32,000 nucleotides of DNA from Halalkalibacterium halodurans. GTDB lineage: Bacteria; Bacillota; Bacilli; Bacillales; Bacillaceae_D. The DNA lies in contig NZ_SNUY01000003.1 in assembly GCF_004376175.1 (NCBI RefSeq), positions 52,224-84,223 of the forward strand, given 5' to 3'. The notes under the pieces were generated by a model, which did no database searches, was not told the origin of the DNA, and was given only the letters and a program-made list of their open reading frames with translations. Positions within the stretch are counted from its first letter, which is position 1. Every line of letters begins with the position of its first letter. The position numbers and the translations under genes are program-made. Shown piece by piece: positions 26,327-32,000 of the stretch.

Positions 26327-27112
26327 ATGCGTGTAGTAATAGCTGGTCTATGTTTCCTAGTTTTATTTCTCTCTCCCGTCCACCTAATGTACGGAGAATC
26401 AGATTCACAAGATACATGGAAAGAGTTGAACCGCACATCGGATCAAGTGCTACAACTTGTGAAGCAGGAAAAACTGGAAGAAGCCAAACAGCTGCTTGAT
26501 TATTTTCAAACTCAGTTCGTCAAAGCGGATTATGAGGATCGTAAACTATCCATGACATCGCTTCGTACAGTGACGACTTCATATGAGCGAGCGAATCAGG
26601 CAGTGACGGCAACGAATATGGGACTTGATGAACGAATCAGGCATGTCACCGAATTTCGTCTTGTCGTCGATGCAATCGTGAGTGAGCACCATCCTTTATG
26701 GCTTCATTCTGAAACATCGATCATGCACGCGTTAACGCGAATGAAGGAAGCGATCCAGACGGAGGATCATCAAGGCTTCCAGCACCGTTTAAATGAATTT
26801 TTAAACCATTATCAAATGATCCGGCCCTCTTTGACGATTACATTGGAACCGGCCCATTTACAGCAAGTTGAATCACAGGTGAGCTACATGGAGAATTTTC
26901 GGATGGAACGATCGGCAGATGAAGTCGAAAACCATCTGAACCTTATGGAAGAAACGTTCACCGCTCTATTTGCTCAAGTGAAAGAGGATAGTGCTGATCC
27001 GTCTCTGCTTTGGGTAATGTTTACAATCGGGGGCATGATTATCGCTTCTTTATCGTACGCTGGCTGGAGAAAATACAAAGGGGAAAAGAGCAAAGTGAAA
27101 GTCAAAGAATAG
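26327..27112 (+). CDS. ypjB: Sporulation protein YpjB-like
   Basis: 261 aa with an N-terminal signal/anchor and a single C-terminal TM (LLWVMFTIGGMIIASLSYAGW), the size and topology I remember for B. subtilis YpjB. Synteny. RBS GAAGGAGGG. Confidence 0.55.
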   Translation: MRVVIAGLCFLVLFLSPVHLMYGESDSQDTWKELNRTSDQVLQLVKQEKLEEAKQLLDYFQTQFVKADYEDRKLSMTSLRTVTTSYERANQAVTATNMGLDERIRHVTEFRLVVDAIVSEHHPLWLHSETSIMHALTRMKEAIQTEDHQGFQHRLNEFLNHYQMIRPSLTITLEPAHLQQVESQVSYMENFRMERSADEVENHLNLMEETFTALFAQVKEDSADPSLLWVMFTIGGMIIASLSYAGWRKYKGEKSKVKVKE

Positions 27113-27136
27113 TCACATTTTGCGTAGGCAAAAAGT

Positions 27137-27165
27137 TTGACATCATTTCACGCTTTTTCTATACT
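27137..27165 (+). promoter_or_regulatory. Near-consensus sigmaA promoter of the Zn-metallopeptidase gene
   Basis: TTGACA (27137-27142), 17-nt spacer, TATACT (27160-27165). Confidence 0.6.
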
Positions 27166-27205
27166 TAGAAGTAAGAAATGTTGAAAATAGAGGTGGTGCG
27201 ACGAA

Positions 27206-27880
27206 ATGGGTTTTTTGATTTACTTTGCGCTATTAATCATCATTCCGCTTTGGGCACAAATGAAAGTGAAAAGCGCCTACAAAAAGTATTCCAAGGTCCC
27301 TGCTTCATCAGGAATGACGGGAGCTCAAGTTGCTCGTAAAATTCTAGATGACAACGGGCTTTATGATGTCCGCGTGGAGGAAGTGCGTGGCACGTTAACA
27401 GACCATTACGATCCACGTGATCAAACGGTACGTCTCTCATCACAAAATTTCCACGGCACTTCGGTGGCCGGTGCGGCAGTAGCAGCTCACGAGGTTGGCC
27501 ACGCCATTCAAGATGCCCATGACTACGCGTTTCTTCGCTTCCGTCACGCCCTTGTTCCAGTTGCCAATTTCGGCTCGAATTTTTCGTTCATCTTAATCAT
27601 CGCTGGGATTCTTATGCAGGCGTCCGGCTTGCTCCTCCTAGGGATCGTCTTTATGGCAGCGGCGGTGCTGTTCCAGCTCGTTACCTTGCCAGTCGAGTTT
27701 GACGCGAGCAACCGGGCGATGAGCCAAATCGTCTCGGCAGGCGTCATCCGAAATGATGAAGAACGGGAAACACGGAAAGTGCTTAACGCTGCAGCGTTAA
27801 CTTACGTAGCGGGCGCGTTAGTGGCTCTGTTAGAATTGGCTCGTTTTATCCTCATGTATATTGGGATGAACGACGACTAA
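27206..27880 (+). CDS. Membrane-associated neutral zinc metallopeptidase (YugP-like, Zn_peptidase_2 family)
   Basis: HEVGHAIQ (HExxH) motif, N-terminal TM helix, hydrophobic C-terminal half, conserved TLTDHYDPRD..V.LS segment typical of the family. 224 aa. Confidence 0.75.
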   Translation: MGFLIYFALLIIIPLWAQMKVKSAYKKYSKVPASSGMTGAQVARKILDDNGLYDVRVEEVRGTLTDHYDPRDQTVRLSSQNFHGTSVAGAAVAAHEVGHAIQDAHDYAFLRFRHALVPVANFGSNFSFILIIAGILMQASGLLLLGIVFMAAAVLFQLVTLPVEFDASNRAMSQIVSAGVIRNDEERETRKVLNAAALTYVAGALVALLELARFILMYIGMNDD

Positions 27881-27890
27881 TGGTTCGGGT

Positions 27891-27926
27891 AAAAGCTTGA
27901 GTTCTGAATGGAACTCAAGCTTTTTT
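27891..27926. terminator. Bidirectional intrinsic terminator between the convergent Zn-peptidase and ypjC genes
   Basis: 14-bp perfect stem AAAAGCTTGAGTTC (27891-27904) / GAACTCAAGCTTTT (27911-27924), 6-nt loop. A/T runs on both sides give a U-tail on either strand. Confidence 0.85.
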
Positions 27927-27932
27927 GTCATT

Positions 27933-28805
27933 TTAAACGCCGAGTGGTTTTTTGTTTTCATCTAGGGTAAAGCCTTCCCCGATCACATCTTGCACGTCGT
28001 TCACCGTAACGAAAGCCTGGGGATCGATTCGCTCTACTAACGACTTCAATCTAATTAATTCGTTTCGTCCTACGACGCAATATAAAATTTCCTTCTCCGT
28101 CCCGGTAAAGCTCCCTTTCCCTTTTAAAGTTGTCGCTCCTCGTTCCATCTCTTTTAAAATCGTATCGGCAATCGCTTCCGTATGCTCTGAAATAATAAAA
28201 GCAGCCTTCGCCGAATACGCCGTCTGCTGAATGAAATCAATCACCTTTGCGGCAATAAAAACAGCGAGCAATGTATACATCGCTTCTCGGTAGTTTAAAT
28301 AGATGAGAGAGGAGGCGATGACGACGGCATCAAACATAAACATCGTTTTACCCATACTCCAGCCGAGGTAGCGAAATCCAAGTTTTGCAATGATATCGAC
28401 ACCGCCCGTTGTCCCACCAAAGCGAAACACAATCCCTAGTCCTGTTCCGACGAAAACACCAGCGAACAAGGCGGCCAGCGTCATGTCGTCATGTAAAGGA
28501 ATGTCCATGAACTTCCAACGTTGAAACATCTCAAGGAAGACGGACACAGACACGGTGCCAATGATCGTGTAAATGAGGGTGACTCGGCCGAGAATTTTCC
28601 ATCCGATTAGCAAAATAGGAATGTTTAGCACGAGATTCGTCACAGCGGGGTTGATTTGAAACATGAAATAGAGAATGAGGGTAATCCCAGTAAAGCCCCC
28701 TTCTGCTAAATTGTTTTCCATATTAAAATAAACAAGACCGAATGAAAAAATCGCGGAGCCTAAAAGAATGAAAACGATGTTTTTCCATTTTAATCGATAG
28801 GCCAT
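27933..28805 (-). CDS. ypjC: YitT-family membrane protein with C-terminal DUF2179 domain (YpjC-like)
   Basis: Multi-TM N-terminal part (GGFTGITLI..., GGTTGGVDIIA) and a soluble C-terminal domain. Start moved to ATG 28805 (RBS AAAGGAG, 5-nt spacing). The ORF-track extension to 28937 has no RBS and runs into the IS end. Confidence 0.7.
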   Translation of the reverse strand: MAYRLKWKNIVFILLGSAIFSFGLVYFNMENNLAEGGFTGITLILYFMFQINPAVTNLVLNIPILLIGWKILGRVTLIYTIIGTVSVSVFLEMFQRWKFMDIPLHDDMTLAALFAGVFVGTGLGIVFRFGGTTGGVDIIAKLGFRYLGWSMGKTMFMFDAVVIASSLIYLNYREAMYTLLAVFIAAKVIDFIQQTAYSAKAAFIISEHTEAIADTILKEMERGATTLKGKGSFTGTEKEILYCVVGRNELIRLKSLVERIDPQAFVTVNDVQDVIGEGFTLDENKKPLGV

Positions 28806-28896
28806 AACGTGCTCCTTTCTTCCAACATGATAGCCTGCAATTACATATTTTAACGCAACGTGCGCCATTTCTAAAATCTTTTTTTTAAAAGGAATC

Positions 28897-28906
28897 AATT
28901 TCATAA
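28897..28906. repeat. Putative IS inverted repeat, left
   Basis: AATTTCATAA is the exact reverse complement of 30443-30452. With flanks it matches 12/13 (T-n-AATTTCATAA). Confidence 0.35.
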
Positions 28907-28966
28907 AGCCTATCTCTTGAATCAGACAAGAATCCAATTTTCGTTTTATTGATTTTAAAAATGGAT

Positions 28967-30331
28967 TTAAGCTGCTTGAATCATCTCCTTTTCGGAGAGT
29001 ACTTTAGCTATGCGATCACACGCGAGTTTCGAACCGTTATAGACTAATTGTGTCAAATCAAAATGTACTTTTGCTCGTTTTCCTGTACGGTAACGAACAT
29101 TATTTAATTGGAAGAATTCTTTAAGATAAGCGATGACGCGTTCGACTGCACTTCTTTGCTTGTAAAGATTTTTCCAAGCTTTTGAACCACGGGCTGGCGC
29201 TGTATAGCGACGTAGATCCGTCGTGATTTTCACTTTATAGACTTTCTGACAGAGCGTATCTTCTGCTAGCGGACAGTCTTTACACTCTTTTGGACGTGTA
29301 TACTTTAGTGTCTCGTAAGTTGGGTCATAACTATCATACCGATATGAATGTTCGCGAACACAGGTAGGGGCAAAATACTTATCAAAGCCTACTGGTTCTG
29401 ATTCATTCTTCTTGTTATAAGCAATAATGGACTGGGCACGGATCCGATAGATTTGTTCATAAATAGCGGGATAATCGTAACCTGCATCCAGTGTACTGTA
29501 AGAGATCGGAAGGATAGAAAGACGCTCATGAATGCCTTTTAATAAAGGGATTGCCGCTTTTCCATCATTTAGATTACCAGATGAGAATAGAGATTGAAGA
29601 ATGTACTGACTTTTGGTTCCAACGGCTAAATGTCCTTTATATCCAAACCAATAAGCATTCTTTCCTTCACTATTTTTCTTAATGCCCCATTTAGGATCAG
29701 TTGGAACGGACGATCGTAATTCATTTAAAGGCGTATCAAGCTGAGATTCAATGGGTTTCTCAAAAACTGACAGAGCTGCTTCGCGTTCAGCCTGTTCTTG
29801 AACCCATTTCTCTTGTTCTTCTTTTGATTTACGCCCACGTTTTTTGGGTTCTGGTTTCGCTTTTTCTACTTTCGCTGGCGCTTGATCACGAGCTTCAATA
29901 TGAGTCGCATCGATGGCAATGGTGTCGTCCATGACAAATCCTTCAATGATGGCTTGAAGAATCTGCGTTTCTTGAACACGTTCTAAAACATCTGATTCTT
30001 CTAATTTTGTGAGCATTCTTGAATAAGATGCTTCAGATGGAATCGCATCAGAAAGAAGGAATCCACAATCTAAACGGAACATGTAGTCATTCTTTAAACG
30101 TTTAATAAGATCTTTAATCGTAGGAATTCGTTCAAGAATTCTAGCTGTAAGTGAGTAAATCATCGCTGCGTAGTTTAGCTGAACAGGAGCACCATAAAGG
30201 GTTTTTTTCGATACAACAGCTAGAATCGGATCAACCTCAATTGTCGAAAATACCGCTTCAAAACGGTGGGTAGGTTCTAACTCATATAAATCTTGCAGGG
30301 CAAATAGGCTTCCTTGTCGTATAATAGTCAT
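28967..30331 (-). CDS. DDE transposase (IS5/IS1182-like, InsH/DUF772-type N-terminal domain)
   Basis: 454 aa, uninterrupted. The N-terminal region YGAPVQLNYAAMIYSLTARILERIPTIKDLIKRLKNDYMFRLDCGF...IPSEASYSRM resembles the DUF772 domain. Candidate catalytic triad IAIDATHIEA (D), STLDAGYDY (D), YKQRSAVERVIAYLK (E). Lys/Glu-rich linker. Confidence 0.85.
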   Translation of the reverse strand: MTIIRQGSLFALQDLYELEPTHRFEAVFSTIEVDPILAVVSKKTLYGAPVQLNYAAMIYSLTARILERIPTIKDLIKRLKNDYMFRLDCGFLLSDAIPSEASYSRMLTKLEESDVLERVQETQILQAIIEGFVMDDTIAIDATHIEARDQAPAKVEKAKPEPKKRGRKSKEEQEKWVQEQAEREAALSVFEKPIESQLDTPLNELRSSVPTDPKWGIKKNSEGKNAYWFGYKGHLAVGTKSQYILQSLFSSGNLNDGKAAIPLLKGIHERLSILPISYSTLDAGYDYPAIYEQIYRIRAQSIIAYNKKNESEPVGFDKYFAPTCVREHSYRYDSYDPTYETLKYTRPKECKDCPLAEDTLCQKVYKVKITTDLRRYTAPARGSKAWKNLYKQRSAVERVIAYLKEFFQLNNVRYRTGKRAKVHFDLTQLVYNGSKLACDRIAKVLSEKEMIQAA

Positions 30332-30442
30332 AAGGGAGTCTTCCTCCAGTCGTTAGTTTTGTGTGGTAACTTACTAATTCGACTTTTGGGGAGGTACTCC
30401 TTTTTTCGTGTCTTAAAAGCCTTACGAGACTAAGGGTTCAAA

Positions 30443-30452
30443 TTATGAAATT
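30443..30452. repeat. Putative IS inverted repeat, right
   Basis: TTATGAAATT, reverse complement of 28897-28906. Confidence 0.35.
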
Positions 30453-30471
30453 TACTCAAAGGAATAAAAGT

Positions 30472-30501
30472 TTGTCAAAACGATGGCAAGTAAGCTAACA
30501 T
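30472..30501 (+). promoter_or_regulatory. Possible promoter of ypjD-dapB-mgsA
   Basis: TTGTCA (30472-30477), 18-nt spacer, TAACAT (30496-30501), just outside the proposed IS end. Confidence 0.3.
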
Positions 30502-30534
30502 GGAACGTGTATGAACAGTGAGGTGATTAAAAAC

Positions 30535-30879
30535 GTGTCACAGAAAACGATGCGCCAGATGCAGCAAGAAGTCGATGCTTACATAAGCCAGTTTAAAGAA
30601 GGATATTTTAGTCCGCTTGCCATGCTTGCCAGGCTGAGCGAAGAGGTCGGCGAACTAAGCCGAGAAGTGAACCATTTCTATGGCGAGAAGCCGAAGAAAG
30701 ACTCCGAAGAAGAACGAACGATGGAGCAAGAGATGGGGGACATTTTGTTTGTACTCATTTGTTTTGCCAACTCATTAGAGATCGATTTAGAAGAAGCATT
30801 CACGTTAGTAATGAATAAATTTCATACACGCGATAAAGACCGTTGGACGAGAATTGAAGGAGATGAGGAACATGATTAA
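30535..30879 (+). CDS. ypjD: MazG-like nucleotide pyrophosphohydrolase YpjD
   Basis: [36 protein letters not shown]...[22 protein letters not shown]...[11 protein letters not shown] is near-identical in pattern to B. subtilis YpjD as remembered. Start set to GTG 30535 (RBS AGGTGA, 8-nt spacing) rather than ATG 30511. Confidence 0.8.
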   Translation: MSQKTMRQMQQEVDAYISQFKEGYFSPLAMLARLSEEVGELSREVNHFYGEKPKKDSEEERTMEQEMGDILFVLICFANSLEIDLEEAFTLVMNKFHTRDKDRWTRIEGDEEHD

Positions 30880-31666
30880 AGTAGCGGTTGCTGGACCGAG
30901 AGGAAAAATGGGGCGAGAGGCCGTTAAAATGATTCATGAAGCGGACACGTTGGAGCTCGTCGCTGTCGTTGACTCCAAACACGATGGGATGTTAGTTCGA
31001 CAGCTAGATGGGCTTCCACCAAGTGACGCACCCGTCTACAATGAGCTGGAGCGATGCTTAACATCACAAACAATAGATGTCCTTGTCGATTTGACAACAC
31101 CTGCGCACGGAAAGCGTCATATGGAGATCGCGCTCGATCACGGCGTTCGTCCAGTTGTCGGAACGACTGGCTTTACCGATGAAGACATAACGAATTTGCG
31201 AAAAAAAGCAGAAGAAAAAGGAATCGGAGCGATCATCGCCCCTAACTTTGCAATAGGAGCGATTTTAATGATGAAGTTTGCCCAAACGGCAGCAAAATAT
31301 TTACCAGATGTTGAGATTATCGAAATGCACCACGATCGTAAGCTAGACGCGCCATCAGGAACGGCCCTTAAAACCGCTCAGCTGATTAGTGAAGTGCGCA
31401 AAGCGAAGCAGCAAGGGCACCCTGACGAAACAGAAGAGCTTAAAGGAGCACGCGGTGCAGACTTTGAAGGGATGTCCATCCACAGTGTTCGTTTGCCTGG
31501 CTTGGTTGCCCACCAAGAAGTTTTATTTGGTGGGGTTGGTCAAACGTTAAAAATCCGTCACGATTCGATGAACCGAGAGTCGTTTATGCCAGGCGTGAAG
31601 CTTTCAATTGAGACGGTTATGGGAATTGATACGTTGGTTTATGGCCTTGAAAATATTATCGAGTAG
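30872..31666 (+). CDS. dapB: 4-hydroxy-tetrahydrodipicolinate reductase
   Basis: [20 protein letters not shown](P)-binding N-terminus, [18 protein letters not shown] catalytic motif. ATG 30872 (RBS AAGGAGATGAGG) overlaps the ypjD stop. Confidence 0.9.
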   Translation: MIKVAVAGPRGKMGREAVKMIHEADTLELVAVVDSKHDGMLVRQLDGLPPSDAPVYNELERCLTSQTIDVLVDLTTPAHGKRHMEIALDHGVRPVVGTTGFTDEDITNLRKKAEEKGIGAIIAPNFAIGAILMMKFAQTAAKYLPDVEIIEMHHDRKLDAPSGTALKTAQLISEVRKAKQQGHPDETEELKGARGADFEGMSIHSVRLPGLVAHQEVLFGGVGQTLKIRHDSMNRESFMPGVKLSIETVMGIDTLVYGLENIIE

Positions 31667-31675
31667 GTGAAGAAT

Positions 31676-32000
31676 ATGAGAATCGCCCTAATTGCCCACG
31701 ATAAGAAAAAAGATGAAATGGTTCAATTTACGATTGCCTATAAAGACGTATTAAAAGATCACGAACTGTATGCTACAGGTACGACAGGTATGAAAATCAT
31801 GGAAGCCACACAATTACCGGTGAAACGATTCAAATCAGGACCGTTAGGAGGCGACCAGCAAATTGGTGCCCTTGTAGCAGAAAATAAATTTGACCTTATT
31901 ATCTTTTTACGCGATCCTTTAACTGCCCAGCCACATGAACCGGATGTGACCGCCCTTGTTCGCCTATGTGACGTACAACGAGTCCCTCTTGCGACGAATA
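31676..32000 (+). CDS. mgsA: Methylglyoxal synthase (3'-truncated by the window edge)
   Basis: [16 protein letters not shown]...LYATGTTG...[12 protein letters not shown]...DPL..QPHEPDV are hallmark MgsA motifs. The ORF is still open at 32000. Confidence 0.85.
   Translation, partial: MRIALIAHDKKKDEMVQFTIAYKDVLKDHELYATGTTGMKIMEATQLPVKRFKSGPLGGDQQIGALVAENKFDLIIFLRDPLTAQPHEPDVTALVRLCDVQRVPLATN

Larger units (their letters stand above)
28896..30457 (-). mobile_element. Insertion sequence (~1.56 kb) of the IS5/IS1182-like DDE group; boundaries approximate
   Basis: A single intact transposase ORF flanked by subterminal inverted repeats AATTTCATAA (28897-28906) / TTATGAAATT (30443-30452) and a possible 8-bp direct repeat AAAGGAAT (28888-28895 / 30458-30465). 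By eye it is more AT-rich than its neighbours. It interrupts the divergent ypjC / ypjD intergenic region. Confidence 0.45.

Noticed and set aside
1-32000. Looked for CRISPR-like direct-repeat arrays, tRNA/rRNA genes, T-box or known riboswitch cores, long tandem repeats, and defence or toxin-antitoxin gene pairs.
   Set aside because: None was seen by eye. Every ORF over 150 aa except 19760-20686 is accounted for by a recognisable housekeeping family or conserved synteny. A computational repeat and covariance-model scan would be needed to exclude small elements.

Overview
This window is a Bacillaceae core-chromosome segment. It is moderately AT-rich, uses Bacillus-style GGAGG ribosome-binding sites, and is almost entirely on the + strand. 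From memory, gene order matches the Bacillus subtilis hepS...mgsA region. The order here is: hepS-menG-[ubiA-like, ubiX, mqnA-like]-hepT; ndk; cheR; the aromatic supraoperon aroC-aroB-aroH-trpEDCFBA-hisC-tyrA-aroA; a short accessory islet (orphan promoter, ~108-nt terminated transcript, 308-aa divergent ORF); ypiA-ypiB; ypiF; qcrABC; ypjA; ypjB; a YugP-like Zn-metallopeptidase; ypjC (-); an IS with an intact DDE transposase (-); ypjD-dapB-mgsA (mgsA runs off the 3' end). The aroH-trpE spacer holds a complete TRAP-type attenuator: a (G/U)AG triplet array, an antiterminator, a terminator and a hairpin that sequesters the trpE Shine-Dalgarno sequence. I saw no rRNA, tRNA or CRISPR array, and no recognisable defence or toxin system. 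Four things look inserted relative to the B. subtilis layout and are the best places to look for new biology. (1) A UbiA-prenyltransferase/UbiX/MqnA-like trio translationally coupled inside the heptaprenyl-diphosphate synthase/menaquinone methyltransferase operon. (2) The candidate sRNA or attenuator leader, whose promoter sits inside an operator-like palindrome. (3) The gene downstream of it, which looks like an amidohydrolase-fold protein without the HxH metal motif. (4) The monocistronic Zn-peptidase and the IS. All functional calls rest on by-eye motif recognition and remembered synteny, with no database searches. Several ORF-track starts were moved to internal starts that have a proper RBS.
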